Assembly (NCBI RefSeq): GCF_001186125.1 | Contig: NW_014040082.1 | Coordinates: 1-57,177 of the forward strand | Source of the DNA: Sphaeroforma arctica JP610 | Lineage: Eukaryota | DNA: 57,177 nt | Direction: 5' to 3' | Part shown: positions 17,596 through 31,614 of the stretch, one piece after another | Layout: each line of letters opens with the position of its first letter | How positions within the stretch are numbered: the first letter of the stretch is position 1 | Notes under the pieces: generated by a model | The model's input: the letters and a program-made list of their open reading frames with translations, nothing else | Database searches by the model: none | Told to the model about the DNA's origin: nothing | Position numbers and translations under genes: made by a program

Positions 17596-18139
17596 GGATC
17601 ACAGACCCATAAACATCACACACAAAGTACGATAGACAGGGTGCAACGTCAAACAATAACAGAACGGAATTAACACAAAACATAGTCATGAGGTAACACC
17701 GAACATGTTATGTACGACAAAACACATACGACAAGTCCAACACAACAATACATACAACACATTCATGGTATTGGTTGTTTCATAGCACGCAGTAAGGGTG
17801 CAACAAAGCAAAGGGAGGAAGAGCAGATTTAAGTTAGTGACCGACATGAGCAAACAAAGTTTTCGAATATTACGCGCGAAGTGCTTCATAAGAGAGCTGC
17901 ACTTCAAAAAGTTAGTCCACACAGTTTTCTATAGAAATGTCATGGTAGAAATTTGTTCTGAAAACATAAAAGCTCTCCCAGCCAGGTCCAGCCAGTAGTT
18001 ATGTACGTACGCAAAAATGAATGACCGAGATTGAAATCTCCATAAAACTATTACAGAAAATAGACGTATCCAAATTAGTTTAACGTAGAAAACAGACAAG
18101 ATAGCACAACCAAACCGACACTCAGCGCATACACACAAA

Positions 18140-18846
<707 letters not shown>

Positions 18847-19677
18847 ATGCTGGTCTATCTTCTGGTGTCGCCTTTGATAGAGATGATAATGTCATCGGTG
18901 TTGACTTTTCGCTAAGAGTATTTTGGTGCGGTGCTGTTATTTTTAGGTGTCTGAAGACGATCTATCGTTTGCAAACTATACCTCGCTTCCGCGACGATAC
19001 ACTCGTGGGCAAACAGAAATCATAGCCGAAACATCGTGTGCACAACCATTCCATAGACAAATAGTTAAATTTTTATGAAGAAGTTAATCTTGATATATCC
19101 GACACTTGCTCTGCTAAAAATCAAAGACTATACAAATAATCAACACTCATGACTAACCATCGTGGCAAAGCTTGTTACGGCACTGTGTTCGTGTGTAACA
19201 TGATTATACGAAGCTTCTGGTAACTATGGGCTCTGAGATACGGTAGACACGGAAAACGCAAAACAAAAATCCAATACAAATAAAGTGTAAAGGTTCGGTA
19301 CAAAAGCCTTTTGGCTTTTCGCGGGCTGTGAGATTTTTTTTCTCAAAATTGCACATGAGTGATGAGCGGGCGCCGGGCGAGCGGCTCGTAGTCACAGGAT
19401 CGTTGCTCGATTATACAAATTTTAAAAAATTAAACCCAAAAAATTAACTGTCCTAAATATTGAATATTCCCGTGTGAATACATATATTTATATGTATTTA
19501 TATATGAATACGAATGCGTCTATAAAACAGTGTTGTGTAGGTGTATGTCCTGACATAACATATAGGTCTATTAAGTACAGCTCATAGGCAGAATACATAC
19601 AAGGCTTTGCGGAACTGCCCTTCAACGTCGGGCTTTATCACATTCTTCTATAGTAGAGTATCATATTATTAATCAGC

Positions 19678-20185
19678 ATGTCGTTGCAAACTAAGGGCGA
19701 CCCTACTAAACAGCACTGGGAAGATTCAGATTTCCCTATTCTGTGCCAAACATGTTTGGGAGATAACCCATATATGCGCATGACTAAAGAGAAACACGGC
19801 AAAGAGTGTAAAATATGCACGAGACCCTTCACTGTGTTTAGATGGTGTCCTGGGCGTGGCATGCGATTCAAGAAGACCGAAGTGTGCCAGACGTGTGCGA
19901 AGGTTAAGAACGTTTGTCAAACGTGTATATTCGATCTGCAATATGGCCTGCCTGTGCAAGTTAGAGATCAAGCCTTGGGGATTGTCGATAATGTACCGAA
20001 GTCAGCGGTCAATAAGGAATACTACGCACAGAACATGGAAGCACAGGTATGTATGCATGTCCGAAACAGTCAAAACCGGCTCCAAATATTACTTTTTGCT
20101 TGTATGAGGTTTAAAATCCTCCGATCTGTGTTCACGTCACCACAAAGTATCGTTTACGAAGACATATACACATACATCCGCGCAA

Positions 20186-20230
<45 letters not shown>

Positions 20231-20584
20231 CGACATACACACACTATTATATATATACACACACATATATATATTATATATATATTATATATATNNNNNN
20301 NNNNNNNNNNNNNNNNNNNNNNNNNNNNNNNNNNNNNNNNNNNNNNNNNNNNNNNNNNNNNNNNNNNNNNNNNNNNNNNNNNNNNNNNNNNNNNNNNNNN
20401 NNNNNNNNNNNNNNNNNNNNNNNNNNNNNNNNNNNNNNNNNNNNNNNNNNNNNNNNNNNNNNNNNNNNNNNNNNNNNNNNNNNNNNNNNNNNNNNNNNNN
20501 NNNNNNNNNNNNNNNNNNNNNNNNNNNNNNNNNNNNNNNNNNNNNNNNNNNNNNNNNNNNNNNNNNNNNNNNNNNNNNNNTTTA

Positions 20585-20669
<85 letters not shown>

Positions 20670-23223
20670 TGTGTGTGTGTGTATATATATTCATATATTT
20701 ATATATTTATAAATACGAATACTATGTATATCGCGGACATCGTATGTATATAAAAATCACACAGTCAAATTGAATTAGAGTACGTGGTACATAGGCATTT
20801 ATAATATATACTTGTACTTCTCTAATATTGAGTGTTTAGCTATGTATTTATATACATGTTGTATTAAACCATATTCACACAATTTTTAGTATATAGTTTG
20901 AATGCTTCTTTATAGTCGGACTCTATGCAATCGCGAGTGTGTGAGCGGGAACGTCTACCATTGATACTTCGCTCGTCTGTATGTAAAAATTAAATTACAA
21001 ATGCAGCATTTTATGATTATTGTCCTCAGCAACGGAGACACAGTTGATGCTTGGCAATAGTACTATCCTCTATAGAAATTTGTTTTATATCCTGTCTGTA
21101 TGCATTCCTTACTTTTATAGTCCGTTAACATAACTATCCACCGTACCCTCTCAGATGGCAGTTGCTGAACCTGGTGCGTTAGCTATCGATATGTCGGGCA
21201 GCGGAACTCTGTCTGTGGGCGGAGTTGGTGGTGCAGTTGGAGGTGTGGGCGGAGGCGGTGGAGGCGCACCAGGGGGAGTAGGGGTTGGTGGGAAGGTAAA
21301 TAACGCGTACCTGAAAACTCTGGCCAGGACCGGTCCATACTACAAGCGGAACAGGGCGCACATATGCTCGTTCTGGGTGAAGGGAAACTGTAATCGTGGC
21401 GAAGAGTGTCCGTACAGACACGAGATGCCCACCGACCCGAATAACCCACTGGCCAAACAGAATATCAAGGATCGTTATTATGGAGTCAATGATCCCGTTG
21501 CGGACAAGGTATGTTGTAGTAGGCGACAAAATCCACGTCCTAATTTTGATTTTTCTTTCGTCAGCAAACTGACAATGAGTGGCAGCTGGTGTATACGTAC
21601 GGCACGGTTTAGCTGTGTTTCGTTGAACATGTGATGTACATTTGTGTTTATATACACTTGAATAACATGTGCAGATTATCATATACAGTGCTATAAATTG
21701 CAACAAGACCATCCCCCGTTCATCTATTCAATGTGCCACGCTTAACCAGTGATTTGATTGCTACACACTTTCGCAGATTATCGAACGGGCTGCCAGCCGA
21801 CCCAGGTTAGAACCGCCCGCAGACAAGTCGGTGATGACACTGTACTTGGGAAATATAGACCCGGCCGTCACGGAACAGGACATCCGCGACGTGTTTTACC
21901 AGTAAGTGGCATATCTAATTTCAGTGTTTGATTTGCTTGGCCGAGTATTGAGATGTTCATAACTAGCCGTTCTCACTATTTTTCGTCAGTTTGACGATTG
22001 AGCCGTGGCTAATGTGCACAACACCACTAAGTATTGTATTTGGCTGTGCTATATCCTGCTTTCAATGATTGCTGTAAATGCACTGAAGATCACCTCATGC
22101 AAACAAGATTTATTATAGGAAGGGCATGCTTCTTTACAACTAATTCGTTGACATTCTTACACGTCTCCTGCTGATACGTTCACCGTCTTCCCTTTGAACA
22201 GGCACGGAACCATCACAAACATCACACTTGTGTCGAAACAAGGCTGTGCGTTTCTGGAGTACTCCGCTCGGTCGGAGGCTGAGAGGGCCGCGGAGAAGAG
22301 CTACAACAGCGTGTTGCTAAAAGGAAAGAAGATCAAGATCTTGTGGGGCAAGTAAGTTGATGTGGCACATCTCGTTTATTGCGAAGTGTAAACATTTTTG
22401 TTTGTTTGTGGTGTGGGTGCAAGCGGTGAGTGGCGGGGATTACATAACCAGCAGAGACGTCATGCCGTCACGTTTTCTGTTGCGAGAGTTATGCGTGACA
22501 CATCTCATTGCTTAGTGAGACTACGATTCTGGTGGGGGTTTATTGTTTGTCGAGGTGACTACTTGTCTTTGTCTCCTAGGGACTACAACCAAAGTATATG
22601 TATCCGTCTGTGCCGAAAATAAGAGCCAATTTCCACTAGTTCTTGATTGGGTGCTGTAGGGTTTGGATTCGTGACTTACGCTGCATAATTTTCTTGTCTG
22701 ATTCAGGAGCAAATCACAACAGTCACAAAACAACGCTTCAGCGAATATCAATCTGCAGCCTGTTCCTGGATTGCCACCGAGCGCAAAGACCGGTCCTGGC
22801 CCTGGCCCCCCAGGTGTAAGGCCACCCCAACAAAAAGGACTCCAAGGCATCCACTACCCATCACAAGTAAGTTTGTCAGGTTTTTTGTTGCTGCTTGAGG
22901 CTTGGCTTGTATTGTTGCCTGTTGTGCGTGCACGGACACGGCTGCAACAAATAAAATATGCACAGCGATGTTGTGGTGGTTTGTATACATATAGCTATTA
23001 TGCGAGGGTTAAGCGTTTCCAGGTTTACTTCCTATCGATGTTTGTACGTGCTCACTCTCATATTTGCAAGATAATTTAAATAGTCCTACAATGCTGGAAT
23101 TCCATGCTATAGAAATTATGCACCTGTTATTTCATTTGTATGGGCCAGCCAGTATATCTCAACGACTATTTGCCCAATTCCTTGCAGGATCCGACTCGTA
23201 TGGGTACCTCCGGGAAGAGGTGA
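19678..23223 (+). CDS. RBM22: Pre-mRNA splicing factor RBM22/Slt11; exons approx. 19678-20046, 21155-21508, 21777-21901, 22202-22351, 22707-22866, 23188-23223
   Basis: '[22 protein letters not shown]', '[16 protein letters not shown]', CCCH finger '[21 protein letters not shown]', RRM ('TLYLGNI', 'GCAFLEY'), C-terminus 'IHYPSQDPTRMG'. Exon phases are consistent. Confidence 0.96.
20186..20690. repeat. (TA)n-rich microsatellite around an assembly gap in RBM22 intron 1
   Basis: Direct reading; N run ~20295-20580. Confidence 0.95.
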
Positions 23224-23483
23224 AAGCCTTGGCTTTTCTTGGAAAACTTATTCTGCTCCATCGCCGCTCGCGACTGACGCATAAAGGACGATCGCTTGCT
23301 AGATGACTATTGGACTACTAGTTGTGCTCATTTCTTCAGTTGCCGACATGTGGATGTTATGTATTGCTAGACGAACTGTAGATGTAGAGGCACTGGATTG
23401 AACGCTTTATTTTCCTACGTCGATGAGATACTGAAGTGGCCGAGATGCCCGGTTCTGCTATTGCTCGAGCGAGAATGTAACGA

Positions 23484-23528
23484 CAATAGGGTCGGACAAC
23501 AAATAAATAGGCATTTTGAAGCCGGAAC
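23484..23528 (+). repeat. Left terminal inverted repeat
   Basis: CAATAGGGTCGGACAACAAATAAATAGGCATTTTGAAGCCGGAAC. Confidence 0.88.
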
Positions 23529-23689
23529 GTATCTACCCGAATTCAGTGAAACCCTAAATCCTGCACACATCTCATTGTACTTTTGACTATAAATCATATA
23601 AACAAACACTATTTGGTTCACACACGCGCGTAATATCGGCGTACAAATTAGCATACTTTACTGTGTAGTAGACCATTCGATAAACAACA

Positions 23690-25660
23690 ATGAGTGAAAG
23701 TAGTACAAACGTTCGTCGCCGAATCAGTGATGAGTTCAAAAGTCCGGCTTCGGTGCGTAGAGTTTGTTTATGTTCAAAGGATCTATGCAACAAAATCGAT
23801 GCAACAACATCGATGCAACATCGATGCATAAAACTTGTAGATCATTACTTCAATCTACCCAAGCGATCCAGAGCGCCTGATAAACGTCGACGTTGGTTAA
23901 AAAGAGTTCTGCCCAAAGATAAAAATACTTTCAAAAGTCTATACAACTCAGACACACGATATTCCATCAATGCTAAGCACTTTTTATTTCAATCGTTGAT
24001 CTGGAAGCAGAGTAGACTTTTCCCTGGACCTACGGCAGAACCATATGAAGAGCTACATCGGCACAATTTGAATCAACTATCGCGTAGACCTAACTTTCAT
24101 CGCGCACGAGTACAGTGTGTATGTACACAAAGTGATGATGTATGTGGTGAAGATCTAATATATGTAGGACTGAGTTTACCGTTGAAAGCAGATGTCAGAG
24201 AGAAGTGGCTAACAATACTAGTGAGAGATACAACACAGAGACAAAAGATAAAGAAATTGCCTGTAGTTAAGGAGGGAGAGAAATGTAAAAGACAACGCTC
24301 GAAAGTAGCGCATCACCACTTCCGTACAGACCAGCTTAATACAACGGCAAATGGCCGTATACGTGTTAAGCCAGGTGAGCTACCAACGTTCTATCCAATC
24401 CTAGAGGATGTTTCAGATGAAGCCAAGAGACCAACTCCAGATGATAGACGCGATATTACAAGTATAAGAACGATAGTGGCATCGGGTACAACGAATCTGC
24501 CCGAGAAGAATGTTAAGAAGAATGTTAAGAATGTTCAAGTACGTAAGCATGTTGTAGACATAGTCACCCATATATTAAAAACTCATATAGAGTGTGCACA
24601 ATACACATCACCCGTAACACCCGAGGCGATATCAATCAAATCACAGAGCTATATCAAACTGCTAGAAAACGACAATGCGCTGTGCAACACAGTAACAGGC
24701 GAACCGTCAATGGCGTGTGTGAAGAAGCTGTATGATCTACTCAATGCGGTGGCATCTTTCGACGTGATGCGCCAATACTCACCTCGCGTGCGTACATTAT
24801 TGGTTGAAGTAAATTTCCCTGAGGAGAGTGAGGAAGGGGAAAGTGGGAAGATAATAGAATCGGTCATGAAAGAATACGCATAGCATAGAAATTTATTTAA
24901 ACAGTCTCTATTTGAGCAGTTTGTTCTTTGGCTTGTGTACTATGTTTAATACGCTACATACTGTATATAAATATAGCAGACGCACGGACGCATTTTGGTG
25001 TTAGCAAAACTTCAGCGAAAAACAATTATGTAACGTGGACGTATGCGATTGCAACCATTATAAGAAAAGCAAGCCTATACCAAGCAACAAACAAAACGCA
25101 GCCAAAATGATGGAGGATTTGTGAGAACGACTTGGTCTACTGCCTGGATGTTCTTCATGGTTTTCAGATTGTACTGAGAAACCAATGGAGGACCCTTGCT
25201 ATATTGCCCCAGCACTAAATGCTTTTTTATTTTCACAGTGTAACAAAGAAGTAATATCTAAACATTGCACCATTGCTGGTGCCAATACAAACATAGCGGT
25301 TGTCACTGCACCCTATCCAGTGTCGGAAACTGACAATCCATATGTGCCAATGAGCGTTTTGGTGCGAGAAAACGTTGCGACTGTTATCCCTGACGGATCG
25401 TCAAGAACTTGAAGTAAATAGAATGCATGTAACATGTCCAAGAAAGAAGATGGCGGGTCAGATCGTACTTGACTCAGAAACAACACGACAAGACAAACAA
25501 CCTGCAAAATAAAGATTACATATAGAAAGGAACAACGAGGAATTGCATAACTACCATGCTTGGGACGGCGGAAGACTTACTACATCTGATATTGATTTAC
25601 ACAAGGAGGAATCCGAATGTATACGAAGTTTGACGAACCTAAAGCCGCGTATGTAACACC
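23690..25660 (+). pseudogene. Disrupted ISL2EU/Harbinger-type transposase (2x THAP-like, HTH, DDE_Tnp_4-like)
   Basis: ORF 23690-24883 has two C..C/P/W/HF THAP-like units, 'RVKPGELPTF' (AVPTIF-box-like) and 'TGEPS..LYDLL'. Downstream fragments read 'LFEQFVLWLVY', 'DARTHFGVSKTSAKNNYVTW' (HTH) and 'DCTEKPMEDP...LFSQ..K...VTAPYP..TD' (25167-25412; first catalytic Asp region). Stops and frameshifts intervene, and the 3' end is approximate. Confidence 0.75.
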
Positions 25661-28077
25661 TATATATAACTGGTGGTTGTCAAAAAAGGAGCGTAGAACT
25701 AAAACTAATAAACGCAGTATTCCACAAGGGGCTACTACTTTCCTTTAGATAACAAAAAGACTATGCTCTCACAGTTGTAAGCCAGAGATATACATTAAAT
25801 AAAAAATTATTCACAAACACCTATCGGTTTCTTTCGCTCTCCTCCCTATCTCTGAAGGTAACCACATCAAGTTTCAATCCTAGTTTAGGATTTGTGCCTC
25901 TCGCTTCTGTACGCTAGAAGTTTTCCAAGTGCCTCACTATCTTCATTGTAATCTAGTTTAGAGATCGGGATTATATTATTTATTTCAAAAAAGATAAGTT
26001 ACAAGGTATGTACATACTGTATGGCTCTCATAGCCGTTGTAGTGGTTCGGGAAAGATCGATGGGAAGAAGTGGTCAGTAAATTCCCGTTTGAAGCTTGGG
26101 TCAAGTGAGTCGACGATGGAGGATATGCGCTGGGTCAATTCAGGCTGGTGCTGACAAAAAAATGGACACCATCGAGTGTGCCATTTATTCGCTTGCTGAC
26201 CTACTAAGTAGCGTACCCACCTCTGTGGTACGGATCGGGTCTGTGCCGTGTAGTGCCGTGGAATAGGTTAGTGCAGAGTACAAAATACCAAGTAGGACCA
26301 GGTTATCCGTCATAATTCGGTCGAGGAGCGAAGTTGGGGATGAGCCAATGCCGCACCAGACCACGGATGCACTCGGTATGTGCTGGCTGGCCTGGATCGG
26401 AAGTATCATAGGCTGAACCAACAAGCGCGCGATGACTTGGTTTGTACCGAAATTTGGAAGTAGTACTTCAGCAGCGTAATTAGCCGGGGTACGCGGAACA
26501 TCTGTTGATGTGTTAGAGACGGGTGAGGGTACGGTGGTTGTTCTACATGCTGGAGAAAGGATCCAAGGTGTTCGTGGAGGGTACAGATACCGTGGAAGTC
26601 ATGGCGCTCCTGTAATTGCTGGAGGAGGTCAGGGCCAATGAGCGGCAGTTTCGGGCCTACCAGGATGCGTCGGATCAATTGTTGGATGCAGATAATGTGG
26701 CTGGTTTTAATGACAGAGACAGCCGTCAGTGCGGTAGTCGAGCAATGTAAACATAGCACAGAGCCGGATTGGTGTAGACTCGAAGCAGCGGTTGAAGCTG
26801 TCGTGTCTGGCTTTGTCTCGATTTGAGGTTGGCGGTTTACCCATGGCCAGTTGGTAGTAGTATTGGCGCCGGGCCGTTGCCGCGATCTCCTTGTTGGACC
26901 AGCGTTTTGTTGAGTTCTTTCAATGTCGTCACAGTGTTGGCGGAGGGTTACATGGTCGGGTGTACGCCAGCCTGTGATTTTGTGCACAGTTCTCAGGTGG
27001 GCATAGATACTGTACGGGAAACGCAGTGATGGTTTGTCGTGGGCCCTGGCGGGTTGCGTCAGAGGGGTGAGTGGATTTGTACTAGTCATTGAGTCGAGTT
27101 GTATTCCCAGGCAACCTCCGAGGTAGTCCGCGAATGAGGGAGCAGGCCACAAAGGTGGAGTAGGGTTGTTTGATGTTTGGGAAACCTAGGGTATTTAGTG
27201 CCCGTGATGATGGCTGCTGCTTGGATGAGTTCTGAGTCATAGCGCTCGAACAGGGGGTCCAGCGCATTCTTCCATATAGGCGGAGCCCAGGTAATATGCT
27301 GCCAGTCGGTTGCGGGGGTGTCGCCAGCTGAAGCCATGGAAGCCATAAGCGAGGAAAGAGGCGATACCCAGGGACAATGCAGCAACCAGGGATTCAATAT
27401 GTCTGGCGAGGTTGATTCCTGGTATTCCGTGAGAGAGTGGGAATCCCAGATATTTGGAGCGTTTCGGCTTGTCATGTGTGGGCTCCATCTTCAGGGGGAG
27501 GTAACGTGTGTTCCATGGTGCGTCTGCGAGCGTCGACGTGATAAGCTCACCATTTATACGGAGGGTTGGCGCCGCGTGTCGCAAAGTCGGTAGATCGTAT
27601 TCGGGGTTTGATGACACCCTGTTCGAGGCCAGATTTGCGTCCCCACGCATCAATGTCGTCTAAGAAGGGCTGGAGAGAAACCGGATGCGGGGCTTGGATC
27701 CGTGTATCGTCAACAAATAAATAAGAGTGAAGGAGCTTGGGCCGAAATTGTGCTAGCGTGACAGCTAAGGAATCCATGTAGACAATAAATAGCTGGGGGT
27801 CGATAATTGAGCCTTGTAATATGCCATTCGTTCTATGGAATAGAGCAGAGAGCGTGCCGCGGTATGTCACTCGGATAAGGACCCTCTCAAATAGAGCGCG
27901 GAGGCAGTTGATCCAGTTTCCTGGCAATACAGCGTGGCGCACGTGTACCCACAGGCGTGGGAGAGCAACCTTGTCGTATGCTTTGGTACTGTCCAGACAC
28001 ACGTCGTTCCACTCCTCTTCCGACTGTGTTTCAGATTCCATGGCGGCGAGTGCTTGGGTATTGTAGGATTTGGTCTA

Positions 28078-28826
28078 TTAAAGCGATACTAATGCCTTGG
28101 AATAAATAAACGCGTAGGTAAGTTCTAAGTATCGTGTAAATATCAAAGTAAATAAACGAAATGAGACATTTGGTAAAGTTAGGTATGCCTCGTGAAAACA
28201 GCAATACTCTGAGGGATTGTGAGACTGAGTATATAATCCTCTCAGTACTGTTTCCGCCGAAGGGATTTTATTTAGTGTTTCGTTGTCGCTCTATTAGAAA
28301 CTATGGTATGTTTCACTGGGGCGAATCCGAGAGACTCATAAAATCCTATCTTTAGAACAAATAAAGAAAAAATAAAAATACTCTTGATGTCCTTAGTTAT
28401 TGTCTTATCCAATAACTTGCCACTATCAAGAATTACCGACTTAGCCTTCATCAGACTGGCACATCTGGTTCGCTGGTCGGAGGATCAACTAGGTAACGTC
28501 AATAGTCCCTAGAAACCTATATTCCGTTGAGCCATCTCGCTACCGAAGTTTTCAGATATAAATAAAGTTGGAAAGTAAATAAAGTTATATTAATAGAACT
28601 AGACTAACTCTTTATGTTTGGTATTTTACTGAGGCCTTTTAATGGTCTTGTCCAAATATCTGATATGTAAAATGGAAAAGGTATTAATTAAAATCATTAA
28701 AAACCATTTTAGGAAACTTAAGTTCCTCGTACTATTAAGAGTACATTTAGGAAACTTAAGTTCCTCGTACTATTAAAAGTATGTTTATAATTTACGTACT
28801 GCTTAAGAGTACGTTTATAACATAGA
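28078..28826. mobile_element. AT-rich ~750-bp non-coding insertion interrupting the LINE RT (solo LTR or non-autonomous element)
   Basis: Abrupt composition change between RT motifs 'QAGF' and 'D..KAYD'. Flanked by GTCTA at 28073-28077 and 28827-28831. The minus strand starts TGTTATAAAC (from 28822) and ends ...CTTTAATA, LTR-like. Internal tandem TAGGAAACTTAAGTTCCTCGTACTATTAA. Confidence 0.55.
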
Positions 28827-29226
28827 GTCTAATGTGGAGGCCCAGCATATTACAGTATGACAGGAGCATCGTGATTTGAAGCCAGCCTGGGTAGCATGGG
28901 TAGCAGAGCCGGGGTGGCTCGTAATCAGCGTAAGAAAGCACTTCTCAAAGATACGCGTCCAAATATCTGATATGTAAACTGGAAATGATATCAATTAATA
29001 AAACCATTAAATCCCATTTTAGGAAACTCAAGTTTCTCGTACTATTAAGATTACGTTAGGAAACTTACGTACTGCTTAAGAGCACGTTTATAACATAGAG
29101 TCTAATGTGGAGGCCCGGCTTATTACAGTATGACAGGAGCATCGTGATTTGAAGTCATCTTGGGTAGCATGGGTAGCAGAGCCTGGGTGGCTCGTAATCA
29201 GCTTAAGAAAGCACTTCTCAAAGATG
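28651..29226. repeat. Diverged tandem duplication (~270-300 bp) spanning the insertion/RT junction
   Basis: TCCAAATATCTGATATGTAAA...CATAGAGTCTAATGTGGAGGCCC...GCACTTCTCAAAGAT occurs at ~28651-28951 and ~28958-29226. Confidence 0.9.
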
Positions 29227-31614
29227 TGTCTGACTATTTGCGTAAGCGTGATAGGGCGGAAGTCGGGATATCTGCATCGGCTTTCTATGGGTGCGCTGTC
29301 AGGAGGCTGCAGTTCAGGGCTACAGGGAAGGTACTCATCTTCAGTAGCTCAGTGAATGCTTCGGCAAGGAGTCTAATCAGTGGGCTATTGGCGTCGGGGC
29401 ATCCTAGTGTCCTACGTTTGGTGGAGCGCTCCACCGTGGCCTTCAGGAGGAGGATGTGGATCCCATCGGGGCCAGGTCTCTTATTGGGATAGCGTAGTAT
29501 CGCCCCCATTACATCGTTGGGGCGTATGGCGAAAGTTACATCGGGCGAGGGTTCGGCATCCGGTGGAACCACGTACGGGTTTGTAGAGCTGAGTAGGTCT
29601 TCAAATGTGTCATCGGAGACATTCGTTGGTATGCAATATATTTGAGCATTTGAGTATTGCTTTGGGCAGTCAAATGTGGGCGGAACGAGTGGTTTGGCAG
29701 CAGCTGAACCCAGGGTATATTTAAGTCATAGTAGAACCCCCTGACGATTTGTGGGTTAGCGGTATAGCGCCAGATACGGTCGAGGATCTGTAGCAGCCCT
29801 TCCACTGGTTCGTACAAAGAGAGATACGACCGTAGTAGGTTCTGATGCGCTCGGATTTTGGCTTGGAATAGTCGCGCGCGGGTTTTGTTGCGTAGGTAAT
29901 ATAGTCGATGGCGGTATCGGTTATATCCATGAGAGGGAAGGAGTTAGTCCGGAGGCGGCGGTATTGTTGGCATTTGTTGGGGCCGATGGTATTAATTCGT
30001 TGGAAGTATCTGGAGATCGAGTCCAAAGGTGTGGTCACCACAGATACTGTAGTTCGTCAGCTTATAGATCTAGAGGGAGGCGGGCGTGGTAGGCCGATGA
30101 TACGCATGTCCTGTACCAGTTGGGCCACCAACATTGAGGTAGTCCAAGGGCCACGTATTACGCAGGGTAGTTTCGATTGTGATCATACGTGGTCCATGAT
30201 TCGTAGATGCGTGGCCATATTTCCGGGCTTTGAAGTTGAAGTCTCCCCAAACGACATCTGGTTGGAAATTACCAATCTCGGGGGGATTCATGTATCGCCT
30301 GACGTCTTCTTTGGTAAATGATCTGAGTGGAAGGTAGAACACGGCCGCCATATGAACACCAAAGTACATAAAGAACATCGCGTACGGCGAGGAGTGTACA
30401 AATTGAAATCTCAATGGGTGGTGTTTGGAAAAAAAATCACACCACAGTTTGAAGGGTGAAAGATATTATGCCGTGTAGTGTGATGTAGAATATGGTAGTG
30501 TGTGTTCGAGCGTATATGATTAGGGAATTTGGTGTTATGCCAGGTTTCAACCACAAACATAACATCAATCTGACTTAAAATCGATATAGCGTTCAAACAC
30601 TTATCTGTATGTGCTGCGTTGTCCATATTGAGTCCTTATGGGTTGAAGAGCGTCATCCTCATTTAACTGGGCTCTCTTCCTTATCGATGTCAGCCATTTC
30701 TATACCATTGCCTGTCGTCGAAGAGTCTCTCGTGAAAGGTTGAAGCTGCGTATTGGTAACCATCGTGTCGGTTGATTGTGTCAGGAAGACCGTTGGTACG
30801 TGAAATCGTCCGGATTGCGCACGCGCTGGTTCTTTAGCGTTTGTCGGGATTCGCGGGATAGGTGAGAAGAGGGTTGTATCATGTTTTGCTTGGTAAGTCT
30901 TCTGGAGATGGTCCACGGTAGATCGGAGGATGTCTGCGTTAGTGGAATTGACAAGGGGAATCAGTAGTGCATCCATGCTGCGGGCAAGAATTTTTGACAC
31001 TCGTTAATGTGTGCAGCGGGTCTCCCGCTTGGGGCGGAGATAGTGGATTAAGACTGCTTTCGTAGCGTCGGTATGTTGTTGGGAGCGGGGGTCGATGTTT
31101 TCATCAAGTTGCCATTTCCACGTAAGTGCTGCATGTCGTTTCACCTGGGCGACAGCGTCGCTAGGAATACAGACGGACGAAATTGGTGGAGCTCCACGGC
31201 GATTTAGTTGAAATAGTTTAGACAGAAGATACCAAAGAAAGTGGTGGCGTTTGAGGAGTGGTTGGACATGCCAGTATTTTTCAAATACTGATTGGGATGG
31301 GGGCTTGCCGTTAGGAAAAATTGCCCGGAAGAAGAGCCATACCGGAGTTGTCACCATTTCGTGACGAGTTTTGTCCGGCATCGGGCGGCCCACCACTTTC
31401 GTCAAAAGGTGTGCGGGTACTGGCGGCTGCGGTAGGAGCTGAGAAGCTGGTGGGGTCGGGCGTTTAATAGGGCTCGGTTTTGCGGGTTTGTCCACTTTTG
31501 AGTGGTAGCTGGGAGGCTCACTGCTGCTATTGGGCGCCGGTGACCGCGGTCTTTTTGCTGGCGGAGCAGGCGGGCTTGTGGAGCCAAATCGGAAAGTGTT
31601 GGGTGTGCCTTCAG

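Larger units (their letters stand above)
25976..31614 (-). mobile_element. Decayed non-LTR retrotransposon (APE endonuclease + RT) nested in the DNA transposon
   Basis: Minus-strand fragments: ORF1-like remnants 30659-31587; APE motifs 'VVETWH', 'AVFYLP', 'VVWGDFN', 'TPLDSI' (~30000-30626); RT motifs 'RPGPDGI', 'QAGFKSR', 'CLDSTKAYDKV', 'GILQGSIIDPQLF', 'FVDD', 'KYLGF'. A-rich 3' end near 25976. Candidate TSD TTATA at 25971-25975 and 31615-31619. Confidence 0.88.

Noticed and set aside
23484..23528. P-element assignment (CA terminus plus THAP)
   Set aside because: No 8-bp TSD (TGTAACGA versus CCACGTGG), and the catalytic region has the ISL2EU/Harbinger-type DCTE signature.
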